Assembly (NCBI RefSeq): GCF_008629685.1
Contig: NZ_VWSF01000029.1
Coordinates: 26,687-58,686, forward strand
Direction of reading: 5' to 3'
Source of the DNA: Adhaeribacter rhizoryzae
Lineage (GTDB): Bacteria; Bacteroidota; Bacteroidia; Cytophagales; Hymenobacteraceae
DNA: 32,000 nucleotides
The notes beneath the pieces were generated by a model. The model had not been told where the DNA came from and made no database searches. It was given only the letters and a program-made list of their open reading frames with translations. Shown piece after piece: positions 16,470 through 25,019 of the stretch. The position numbers and the translations under genes were made by a program. The first letter of the stretch is position 1. Every line of letters begins with the position of its first letter.

Positions 16470-17000
16470 TTAAGTGCTACTGGTGTTAAACGGGTTGGCG
16501 GCGTTGGTTTCAAATTCTTTCACGTAAATATCTTCCCCTTTTATTACCACCTCTAACCGGGGTAAGGGCCGGGGCGGTGGTCCTGCCAAAACTTCGCCGG
16601 TTAAGGCATCAAACCAGCCATCGTGACAGGGGCATTCTATTTTGCCGCTTTTCGGCATATAAAATACGGCACACGATAAATGCGTACACTTTTGCTCATA
16701 AGCACGGAATTCGTCGGTTTCGAGGCGGATAAGAATATAGGGTATGGTGCTGCCGGTAATAACAAACGAGCGTGTGCCGCCTTTAGGCAGTTCGCTTTTT
16801 TTACAAACCAAGTGCTCCCCCTGCACTTTTTCGGGTGGAAAAAAATTTGCTTTAACCGCGACGTAACCGCTACCGGTAGCCAACCCACCCGAAACCAGGC
16901 AAAGAAATTTAGCAAAATCGCGGCGGGTAACCTGGGTTGCTTCCAGTTGCTCTATCGGGAAATCTTCTTTCCAGTGATTATCTTTTTCGTCGGTTGCCAT
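16470..17000 (-). CDS. Rieske [2Fe-2S] protein, bc-type, with a twin-arginine / TM-anchor N-terminus
   Basis: QVTRRDFAKFLCLVSGGLATGSG is a Tat-like RR motif followed by a hydrophobic helix. The cluster boxes CTHLSC and CPCHDG include the two extra Cys typical of disulfide-stabilised, high-potential Rieske proteins. Confidence 0.85.
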   Translation of the reverse strand: MATDEKDNHWKEDFPIEQLEATQVTRRDFAKFLCLVSGGLATGSGYVAVKANFFPPEKVQGEHLVCKKSELPKGGTRSFVITGSTIPYILIRLETDEFRAYEQKCTHLSCAVFYMPKSGKIECPCHDGWFDALTGEVLAGPPPRPLPRLEVVIKGEDIYVKEFETNAANPFNTSST

Positions 17001-17004
17001 AATG

Positions 17005-17574
17005 CTAGTCTACAATTAATTGGGTACTCCCCTTCGGCATCATAATATTTACTTTAGTGCTTACCTTTTCATTACCGAAAAGGAAATTATTGACCGGTGT
17101 ACTGTTGGGCCGCATCCGGGCCATTTCTTCGCGGGTGCCGTAATAAAGAGCCTGGGTGGGGCAAACCGTAGCGCACATGGGCTTTTTGCCAGCGCTGGTC
17201 CGGTCGTAGCACATGTTACACTTCATCATTAAATCGTAAGCCTCATTCTTTTTGGGTACCCCAAACGGACAAGCCATTACACAATTAGAGCAGCCAATGC
17301 AACGAGCCGTGTTAGCTGTATGCACCACTCCAAACTCATCTTTCGAGATGGCATCGGCCGGGCAAACGTTAGCGCAAACCGGGTCGTCGCAGTGCATACA
17401 CACCTGCACGGTGGTCTGAATGGTAACCGCCCGGTCTACGTAATTGACGTGTATCATCGATTCGTGGCCGTTGGTTTCGCATTCGGCACAAGCCATTTCG
17501 CAGGCTCTGCATCCGATACACCGCTGCATATCCACAAAAAATTCTTGCTGGGTTTGATAATTGGTTTGGGGCAT
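17005..17574 (-). CDS. Four-cluster [4Fe-4S] ferredoxin subunit (DmsB/NrfC/HybA-like)
   Basis: Four Cys groups: CIGCRACEMAC, CMHCDDPVCANVCP, CIGCSNCVMACP, CNMCYDR...CATVCP. 189 aa with no signal peptide. Confidence 0.85.
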   Translation of the reverse strand: MPQTNYQTQQEFFVDMQRCIGCRACEMACAECETNGHESMIHVNYVDRAVTIQTTVQVCMHCDDPVCANVCPADAISKDEFGVVHTANTARCIGCSNCVMACPFGVPKKNEAYDLMMKCNMCYDRTSAGKKPMCATVCPTQALYYGTREEMARMRPNSTPVNNFLFGNEKVSTKVNIMMPKGSTQLIVD

Positions 17575-17600
17575 ACTGTTATGTTTTAGCTTACAAAATA

Positions 17601-19850
17601 TTATGCACTGGCAAAAGCATTAGACTCCTGCGAAGGCGGCGCTTTAATTCCTAATGGCTCTAACTTACAAGCACATACCTTAAACTCCGGAATTTTGGAT
17701 ATCGGGTCCAGCGTACCAGGGGTAAACTGGTTAGCTGATTTTTTCCCGGGCCAGTGATACGGCAGAAAGACCGTATCGCGCCGGATAGTTTCTACAATAT
17801 TCGCCGGGAATTCATCCGTTCCGCGCCGGGTAGAAACCCGCACCAGTTCGTCCTGATGGATGTTATATTTTAAGGCCAGTTCCGGATGTATTTCCAGCTT
17901 GGGCTCCGGATAAATATCTACTAATTTGCCAATTCGGCGGGTTTGAGTACCGCTTAAATATTGCGATACTACCCGGCCGGTAGTTAAAACCACGGGGTAC
18001 AAATCATCGGTAACTTCGCCTGGTTCCCGATAAGCAACGGCATTAAAGTGGGCCTTGCCATCGGGAGTAGCAAACTTTTTATCTTCCCATAAACGAGGCG
18101 TACCCGGATGGTCTAACGTGGGACAGGGCCAGAAAACGCCCATTTTTTCTTCAATTTTTTGGTAGGTAATGCCAAAATAATCGGCGGTGCCGCCCTTAGA
18201 AGCTACCCGCAATTCATTAAATATATCTTCGCTGGAGTTGTACCGGAATTTATCGCCTGCTCCTAATCGCTCGGCTAATTCTAATATAATAGCGGTATCG
18301 GTACGCGCCTCACCCGGTGGACTTACCGCCCGCCGAATTCTTACTACTCTGCCTTCGGCAGTAGTAACGGTTCCTTCCTCTTCTTCGTGCAACGAACCAG
18401 GCAAAATTATATCGGCGTGGCGGGCTGTTTCGTTCATGAAAAAATCGATGCACATGTAAAACTCCAGTTTCTCCAGAGCCTCGCGTACATAGTTGTTGTT
18501 GGGTAGCGATACCAACGGATTAAAGCAAATGGAAATCAATCCTTTTACTTCGCCCCGGTGAATGGCTTCAATCAGTTCGTAAGCCGTAAGCCCTTTGCCC
18601 GGCATATCTTTTTCGTCTATGCCCCAAACCTGGGAAATATATTTACGATGCTCCGGATTGGTGATGTCGCGGTTGCCGGGCAATTGGTCGCATTTATGGC
18701 CGTGTTCGCGGCCGCCTTGGCCATTACCCTGGCCGGTAATGGTACCGTAACCGCAATAAGGTTTGCCTATCCGGCCGGTAGCCAGTACTAGGTTTATGCA
18801 ACCCAATACATTGTCTACCCCTTTGGAATGATGTTCGATGCCGCGGGCGTGCAATAAAAAACTGGTAGCCGCTTTGCCCCACCACTGCGCCGCCAGTTCA
18901 ATTTTTTCTTTTTCGATGCCGGTAACTTCTTCGGCCCATTCCAGGGTATAATCTTTTACGGTGGCTAAAGCCTGGTCAAAACCGGAAGTATAATTATTTA
19001 TAAAATCATGGTCCAGCATATCATGGTCGGCCAAATACTTCAACATGGCGCCATATAAAGCTGAATCGGTACCGGGCCGAATGGGCAGGTGTAAATCGGC
19101 GGTACGGGCCAGCGGAATTACGCGCGGGTCTACTACAATTAGTTTCGCACCGTAATCGCGGGCCCGCCATATCCAATGCGTCAAAGTCGGGAATGTTTCA
19201 CTTACATTGGCACCGGCCACCAAAATTACTTCAGCCCGCTCTAAGTCCTCAAACGTATTCGAAATCCGGTCGAGGCCAAAAGCTTTCTTGTTGCCGGCAC
19301 CCGCGCTTACCATGCACAAGCGGCCATTATAATCGAGGTTAGCGGTTTTAAGTGCCACCCGGGCAAATTTCCCCACCAGGTAGCTTTTTTCATTAGTTAA
19401 CGAAACGCCCGACAACATGGCAAAAGCATCGTTGCCGTACTGCGCCTTAATGCGTTTAATTTCTGAAACGGTTTTTTCCATGGCGGCATCCCATGGAACC
19501 GGGGTAAACCCTACTCCTTCCTGCCGCTGCAAAGGTTGCAACAGGCGGTCGGGGTGGTTGTTTTGCATGTAGCGCTGCACACCTTTGGGGCATAAGCGGC
19601 CTTCGTTAAACGGGAACTCCATCCACGGGTCGAAACCAACTACTTTATTCTTTTTAACCAACAGCTTAATGCCGCACTGCATACCGCAAAAACAGCAATG
19701 CGTTTTTACCACCGCATCCGGTTCATCGCGGCCTAAGAAACCTTCGTGCGAAGGATAATTTTTGTGGGGTCCAAATTGGGCAATCAGTTTTTCGGGAGAT
19801 ACCGGAAGATACGCCATATTAGTTCTTTTAACCGAATAATTTACCGCCAT
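17601..19850 (-). CDS. Molybdopterin (bis-MGD) oxidoreductase catalytic subunit, Nas/NarB/Nap-like nitrate-reductase type, no signal peptide
   Basis: 749 aa. An N-terminal 4Fe-4S motif [10 protein letters not shown]...RLCPKG is present. The segment [18 protein letters not shown] resembles the Cys-Mo-ligand region of Cys-ligated nitrate reductases. There is no RR motif. An alternative start is M12 at 19817 ([10 protein letters not shown]). Confidence 0.85.
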   Translation of the reverse strand: MAVNYSVKRTNMAYLPVSPEKLIAQFGPHKNYPSHEGFLGRDEPDAVVKTHCCFCGMQCGIKLLVKKNKVVGFDPWMEFPFNEGRLCPKGVQRYMQNNHPDRLLQPLQRQEGVGFTPVPWDAAMEKTVSEIKRIKAQYGNDAFAMLSGVSLTNEKSYLVGKFARVALKTANLDYNGRLCMVSAGAGNKKAFGLDRISNTFEDLERAEVILVAGANVSETFPTLTHWIWRARDYGAKLIVVDPRVIPLARTADLHLPIRPGTDSALYGAMLKYLADHDMLDHDFINNYTSGFDQALATVKDYTLEWAEEVTGIEKEKIELAAQWWGKAATSFLLHARGIEHHSKGVDNVLGCINLVLATGRIGKPYCGYGTITGQGNGQGGREHGHKCDQLPGNRDITNPEHRKYISQVWGIDEKDMPGKGLTAYELIEAIHRGEVKGLISICFNPLVSLPNNNYVREALEKLEFYMCIDFFMNETARHADIILPGSLHEEEEGTVTTAEGRVVRIRRAVSPPGEARTDTAIILELAERLGAGDKFRYNSSEDIFNELRVASKGGTADYFGITYQKIEEKMGVFWPCPTLDHPGTPRLWEDKKFATPDGKAHFNAVAYREPGEVTDDLYPVVLTTGRVVSQYLSGTQTRRIGKLVDIYPEPKLEIHPELALKYNIHQDELVRVSTRRGTDEFPANIVETIRRDTVFLPYHWPGKKSANQFTPGTLDPISKIPEFKVCACKLEPLGIKAPPSQESNAFASA

Positions 19851-20895
19851 CCTGCTGGCGGGCCTTGAGGTGAGCCATACCCAACCGCGAACGTTTTCCT
19901 TCGGGGCTTAAATCCAGGTGAGAAGTTCCGTCTGCCCGGGTAAAATCAAAACCTAGCTCTTTGGTTACCGTTTTTAAATCGTCTATATGCATCTGGGTCG
20001 CGAATTCTTTACCGGTATGCGGACAAACGGCCATGCCTCTTTTAATACCTTCTCTTTTGTAGATGTGGGCGCCAATTTGGGCCGGCCGCTGAATAATATG
20101 AAAAAACTTACCAAATGGAATCCAAATCAAAAACATGATAACTGTTACAGCGTGGGTTACGGCCATAAAATCATAGGCCATGCCTTTCATAAACTGGTAA
20201 TCGTAGGTTAATCCTAAACCGGTAATAGAAATAGCCAGCAGCAGTATTAAAGGCAGTAAATCGCCATCGAAGGATTGGATAGAAATTAAACCGGCGTGGG
20301 TTAGCCGGCGGCGCATAAAAATCAGCACCCCAATTATTACCAGCCAAGAACACCAGTTAAGGGCATGAAACGTGAAGAAAGCAATAAAAGAACCAAGCGG
20401 AAATTCAAAAACCTTAAATCCAAAAAAATGTGCTTCGTACATGCGAACGCTATCGGGGTTCAGACTGGTTTCGGGATTGAGGGTAAAATGAATCCAGCCA
20501 AAAGTGAGCGGAAAAGTAATGGCAAAGGCCATGGTACAACCTACGGCCATTAAAAAGTGACCAATCCACCGGCTGCGGCCTCTGGGATAAATAAATTTCT
20601 GAAAACCAATATTCTGAATGAATTCTTTTATAAAAAAGTACAAGTGCGCAAACACTTGGCCTTTAAATACAAACTGCCAGGTACGTTTAAAATACATCCA
20701 GGTGGGTGGCCGTTGCAGCCAAACCGAATACCGGTACACAATTCCAAAAAAGGCGAATACCGTTCCGAATAAATAACCAATCAGGGCCGGGTCAAAATTC
20801 TGTAGTTTGCGGGAGCCGTAAAAGACCGTTGCTATCACCAAAACAGAAACCAGCGTTGCTATCAGAATTGCTTTTCGGTTGAGGGTGGTATTCAT
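19828..20895 (-). CDS. Polytopic membrane protein, NarI/HdrE/DsrM-like (putative di-heme cytochrome b) with a ~80-aa cytoplasmic tail
   Basis: 355 aa with about 6 TM helices that carry His residues ([20 protein letters not shown]). The last helix, [15 protein letters not shown], resembles the PF.K..H motif of the NarI-gamma family (from memory, not computed). It overlaps the Mo-subunit ORF by 23 nt. Confidence 0.7.
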   Translation of the reverse strand: MNTTLNRKAILIATLVSVLVIATVFYGSRKLQNFDPALIGYLFGTVFAFFGIVYRYSVWLQRPPTWMYFKRTWQFVFKGQVFAHLYFFIKEFIQNIGFQKFIYPRGRSRWIGHFLMAVGCTMAFAITFPLTFGWIHFTLNPETSLNPDSVRMYEAHFFGFKVFEFPLGSFIAFFTFHALNWCSWLVIIGVLIFMRRRLTHAGLISIQSFDGDLLPLILLLAISITGLGLTYDYQFMKGMAYDFMAVTHAVTVIMFLIWIPFGKFFHIIQRPAQIGAHIYKREGIKRGMAVCPHTGKEFATQMHIDDLKTVTKELGFDFTRADGTSHLDLSPEGKRSRLGMAHLKARQQDGGKLFG

Positions 20896-21222
20896 GCGTA
20901 ACTTTTAAAATTGGAACAAAAGTTATTGATGATATAGGTATAAGTACGAATATATTCCCAAAGGTTTGGCTGCTTTCGCAAAAAACAAGAATTTACTAAG
21001 CCTTAAAATCTTTGGATTTCGTTAAAAAGCCTTCTTAATACTTTTGATAAACCGTATTAAATAAAATGAGTATCAACTACTTTCGATTTTTATAAGTTTA
21101 GTAAATACAGAAGGGAATAGCTATCATAAATTAATAAAAAAAATTTTTTTTATGATATTTCTGTTCATATCTGCCGTAAAACACCAATTTATAAATTACT
21201 GAACCTTTATCACAGACGTAAT

Positions 21223-22344
21223 ATGAAAGAGGTGAACTTATTTCTGGAAAAATTCGACAAGCAAATTAAGTTAAAAGGTTTTGGCGTGCCGGGCCAGGAA
21301 GCATTGACCAATGCCAAGGTTCTGGTGATTGGTGCCGGGGCACTGGGTATTCCGGTAATTACTTACCTGGCTGCTGCGGGCGTTGGCAACCTGGGAGTAG
21401 TTGAACCCGGTATGGTTTCTTTATCAGATTTACCCTTGCAGCCTTTGTTTAAGAGCAACGAAGTAGGCAAAGCTAAACTAGCGAGCGTGGTTCAGCACGT
21501 AAGAGATTTAAATCCGGATACAACCCTGCAACTGTACGATTATGCGCTGGATGCAGAAAATGCACTTCAAAGAATATCCCGGTATGAAGTAGTAGTAGAT
21601 GCTACTAATAATTTAAAATCAGCTTTATTAATGAATGATGCCTGCGTAATTGCGGGTGTACCGCTTGTCTTTGGCTTGGTTTACCAATACACTGGTATGT
21701 ACTGTGTATTAAATTTTAAAAAAAGCGCCACCTTGCGTTGTATGAAGTCGGATGCTAAGCTGCGGAAATATTTGAATGAAGACGAGTCGGACGGGGTATT
21801 AGGTATTCTGCCCGGTATAATTGGCTGCCACCTGGCAGGAGAAGTGGTAAAAATAATAAGTAACCTGGGCGATGTACTTGCTAATAAGCTTCTAAGCTAC
21901 GATTTCCTGAAAAACCAGCAACAGGAATTAAAGGCCACTCTTAACCCGGAGAACCTAAAAATAGAAACACTACAAGAGCCTTATTTTTCCACTGAAATAC
22001 CTCAAGTAAATAAAAAAATACAGTCGATTACGCCGCATCAGCTTTTCTTAAAATTAAACTATCAGGAATCGCTACAACTGATTGATATCCGGGAGGATGA
22101 AGAATGGAACATTTTCCATTTGGAAAATGCCATCCATATACCGGCCAGTGAATTTCTAAATAATTTAGATAAAATTCACCAGGATATTGCTGTAATATTA
22201 ATTTCCCATAAAGGTGAAATCAGTAAAGAACTTACTGACTTACTTTTAACGAAACATGGGTTTGGCAATATTTATAATTTAGCAGGAGGAATTGATGCCT
22301 GGGCGCGAGAAATTGACCAATCTATGGCAACTTATAAAGGGTAA
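21223..22344 (+). CDS. ThiF/MoeB-family adenylyltransferase-like protein with a C-terminal rhodanese-homology domain (divergent)
   Basis: A Rossmann motif VLVIGAGALGIPVITYLAAAGVG is present. The C-terminal ~110 aa are rhodanese-like (LIDIREDEEWNIFHLENAIHIP...NLAGGIDAW). Several canonical catalytic positions appear substituted (see findings). Confidence 0.75.
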   Translation: MKEVNLFLEKFDKQIKLKGFGVPGQEALTNAKVLVIGAGALGIPVITYLAAAGVGNLGVVEPGMVSLSDLPLQPLFKSNEVGKAKLASVVQHVRDLNPDTTLQLYDYALDAENALQRISRYEVVVDATNNLKSALLMNDACVIAGVPLVFGLVYQYTGMYCVLNFKKSATLRCMKSDAKLRKYLNEDESDGVLGILPGIIGCHLAGEVVKIISNLGDVLANKLLSYDFLKNQQQELKATLNPENLKIETLQEPYFSTEIPQVNKKIQSITPHQLFLKLNYQESLQLIDIREDEEWNIFHLENAIHIPASEFLNNLDKIHQDIAVILISHKGEISKELTDLLLTKHGFGNIYNLAGGIDAWAREIDQSMATYKG

Positions 22345-22379
22345 ATTTACTAAATAAATAAAGTTACTAAATAAATCAG

Positions 22380-22395
22380 GCTTCTTACCAGAAGC
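22380..22395 (+). terminator. Weak hairpin after the moeB-like gene
   Basis: GCTTCT tacc AGAAGC, a 6-bp stem followed by ataatt. The T-tract is poor. Confidence 0.3.
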
Positions 22396-23084
22396 ATAAT
22401 TAAAATGTAGATTTGTTACAAGCTATTAATTAGAAAGTTGTTCACTGTAATTTTTAACTTCTCGCGGAATTGGCTTGCACCCCAACACTTTTCCCTGCTA
22501 CCCTACTAAAAACAAAAAAAACCTGCCCGGTAATAAAGTAATTACCCCAAACAACAACCTAAAATACGCCTGTAGCATTCCGCAGCCAGTCTTGAAATTA
22601 GGCCTAAGATTCCTTGTACGCGCTGGTTCGTCAGGGAACCATTAATGTTAATATCATTACCAAATTAGAAAAACTAACTACCGGATACAAGGCGAACCGC
22701 TCACATAAGAATACTCATATGTGTCAGCAGTTGTGCGAGGTTTGTCACCAGTATTATTTCTTCAACAGTTATAAATTCTGACGGATACAACCGGTGATTT
22801 TCGGTACCTGAATACAGAACAAGTACAACCTATAAACGCCAAGCAACAGAAATATTTGCAGGCATTCCGCCAGAATTTGCTCCAGGGTATCTCCTACTAC
22901 GAAGAATTAGTAACCCAAATTTCTGCTTTTAAAAATGTACAGTAGTTGATGCGGGACCAGTTAAGGAAAAGTAAAGAAGAGTTAATATAAAGAGCCCTAC
23001 TTATAAATTGAGCAAGGTGGATTGTAATTATATTTTGACTGTTTAAAGGTTTATTCTAGTTGCACTAAGATAAATTTGGTAAGC

Positions 23085-23131
23085 AAAAAAAAATAATCGT
23101 GCCGTTTGTTCAAGCGGCAGGATTATTTTTG
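23085..23131. terminator. Bidirectional rho-independent terminator
   Basis: An A-run, then aataatcgtgccg, loop tttgttcaa, then gcggcaggattatt and a T-run. An A-tract on the left and a T-tract on the right allow function on both strands. It lies 10 nt downstream of the minus-strand lipoprotein-like ORF. Confidence 0.6.
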
Positions 23132-23140
23132 TGCAAACGA

Positions 23141-23401
23141 TTACTCTGATGATTTTTGGCTTTGCTCTTTTGCGCTTTCTGCCGAACGGATAATATCTAC
23201 TTCAAATCGGTTGTCTGGACCTGGATCTTTGCTTAGCTGAGGGGACCTGCTCTCGTGGGAATTTTCTTTCACGTGGTCGGCATTGTTATTATTGCCACCT
23301 TTCTTTTCGCCGGCGGTATTCTTAGCATTGTTTCCGCAAGCAAAAACATTAACGCAGCTTAATAATAGGAGTACTTTTTTTACGTGGTTGGAATAGTTAA
23401 T
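23141..23401 (-). other. Lipoprotein-like small ORF lacking a canonical start codon
   Basis: The minus frame is open for 86 codons: INYSNHVKKVLLLLSCVNVFACGNNAKNTAGEKKGGNNNNADHVKENSHESRSPQLSKDPGPDNRFEVDIIRSAESAKEQSQKSSE*. It has a signal-peptide-like start and a lipobox-like FAC. No ATG/GTG/TTG precedes the hydrophobic segment, which is why it is absent from the ORF track. Confidence 0.35.
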
Positions 23402-23496
23402 TCACCACTAATTTCTAAATGCATGCTTTACAAAATTAACTTCATCAAATTTTATCTGAACTGATTTTTTGAAATTCAATTTTTCTATCAGCCACT

Positions 23497-24285
23497 TTAA
23501 AAATCCTTATTTTGTACTTTTTTCAGGAATAGCAGCAGCGGAACAAATATCCACACTAATAACGCCCCCAATGAAACCACCATGCCCAGCGCCGTACCTA
23601 AAAATTTATTAAATACCGCCCCGGTGTAGCCCAGCAAAGCGGCCGTTTCGAGGCGTAGTAAAATCAGAATACGTGACAAGTCGATAGGATTAAATAATGT
23701 CAGACCGATGGTGGCTTTCTCTAAAGGATAATCGTTGAAGATAACCAGGAAAGTTAGCAGCAGGCCGTCGTAAATAACGGCGGCAAACAGCCAGATCAGG
23801 ATAGCAATGCCAAAACCTTTTACCCGGTCTTCGAACAACGCCGACATCAGGAAAGCCAAACCGGTAAAAATGGCCGTAAGCAAGGTCCCACACAGCGTAA
23901 GCATACCCAAGTGCACACTTTCTTCGGCGGTGCCGGCAAATAATAAAAAGGTAATGCCTAAACCCAAACTCAAACTCAGCGCCAACGATAAGGTTAAGCC
24001 TAAATACTGGCCCAGAAATATATTATTGCGCTTAATAGGCTGGGCCAGCAGCAGTTCAGTAAATTCGCGGGAGTTATAGGCGTACATCACCCCAAACACC
24101 GTGCTGATAAGCGGCACCAGCAAGAGCACAATATTCAACAGACTTACAATAGCCTTGTTAAAATCGCCGGAAAAGTACAGCAGCGTGGCCGAAATTACCA
24201 GGAAAAATAACCCGTACAGCAGTGCCCACCAGCTCCGCCAGGTGTCGTAAAACGAATATTTTATGATTTTGGTGAGGGAGTTCAT
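23497..24285 (-). CDS. nosY: ABC-2 type permease NosY
   Basis: 262 aa, 6 TM, directly downstream of nosF with a 4-nt overlap, in the nosDFY order. Confidence 0.85.
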   Translation of the reverse strand: MNSLTKIIKYSFYDTWRSWWALLYGLFFLVISATLLYFSGDFNKAIVSLLNIVLLLVPLISTVFGVMYAYNSREFTELLLAQPIKRNNIFLGQYLGLTLSLALSLSLGLGITFLLFAGTAEESVHLGMLTLCGTLLTAIFTGLAFLMSALFEDRVKGFGIAILIWLFAAVIYDGLLLTFLVIFNDYPLEKATIGLTLFNPIDLSRILILLRLETAALLGYTGAVFNKFLGTALGMVVSLGALLVWIFVPLLLFLKKVQNKDF

Positions 24286-25019
24286 GCCGCTTGAAAACTT
24301 AATTTTTTACTTTTTTTTTCGGTTTGCAGCAATAGCTGGGCAATGGCCCGTTCGAGGTTGCTTTCGTTTTGGGTTTGCACCAGGTTTTGCACCGTGCCTT
24401 GAAAGTATATTTTACCGTCCAACAGAAATATTACTTCGTCGGCCAGTTCTTCTACTTCGCTTAAAATGTGCGTGGTAAGCAAAATGGTTTTGCCATTGTC
24501 GCGTTCTTCGCGCATTAAATCTTTCAGCTTCAGGTGCGCAACCGGGTCCAGGCCCACCGACGGTTCATCAAAAATCAGAATATCAGGATTAAACATAAAA
24601 GCCAGCACGGCATTTACTTTCTGTTTGGTGCCGCCCGATAAATTTTTCAGCTTTTTATCGCGGGCGCCCTCCAGGTTAAAATAAGAAATATACTTTTCTT
24701 CGTCCGAAGCGGTTTTCCGGATATCCCGGGTCATGCCGAGCAATTCCATCATGTTCAGGTTCTCGGGAAAACGGGCAATCTGCGGCATGTAGCCTATGCA
24801 ACTTTTATACTGCCAGTTGTTCTTAATATTTTCGTTCTGAATAAGTATCTCGCCATTATCCGGTTGGTTTAAACCCAGAATAGTTTTAATAAGGGTAGTC
24901 TTGCCGGAGCCGTTCGGCCCCAAAAAAGCATATATTTTTCCTTTCTCCAGATTTATATCAATGCCCTTCAGTACCTGCAGCTTACCAAAAGCTTTGGTTA
25001 TATTTTTAATTTCGATCAT
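24282..25019 (-). CDS. nosF: ABC transporter ATP-binding protein NosF
   Basis: Walker A GPNGSGKTT, signature LSGGTKQK, Walker B ILIFDEPSVGLD. The ATG at 25019 forms an ATGA overlap with the nosD stop. The track ORF start at 25028 is a TTG. Confidence 0.9.
   Translation of the reverse strand: MIEIKNITKAFGKLQVLKGIDINLEKGKIYAFLGPNGSGKTTLIKTILGLNQPDNGEILIQNENIKNNWQYKSCIGYMPQIARFPENLNMMELLGMTRDIRKTASDEEKYISYFNLEGARDKKLKNLSGGTKQKVNAVLAFMFNPDILIFDEPSVGLDPVAHLKLKDLMREERDNGKTILLTTHILSEVEELADEVIFLLDGKIYFQGTVQNLVQTQNESNLERAIAQLLLQTEKKSKKLSFQAA

Noticed and set aside
17020-18791. Plus-strand ORFs 17020..17232, 17320..17589, 18187..18459 and 18558..18791
   Set aside because: They are antisense to the ferredoxin and molybdopterin subunit genes and show shadow-ORF composition.
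22640-22945. Short open stretches on the plus strand (e.g. VNIITKLEKLTTGYKANRSHKNTHMCQQLCEVCHQYYFFNSYKF* and LNTEQVQPINAKQQKYLQAFRQNLLQGISYYEELVTQISAFKNVQ*) in the 1.1-kb gap after the moeB-like gene
   Set aside because: They might be fragments of a decayed gene. They sit in different frames, lack start codons, and I could not tie them to any family, so the support is too weak to annotate.
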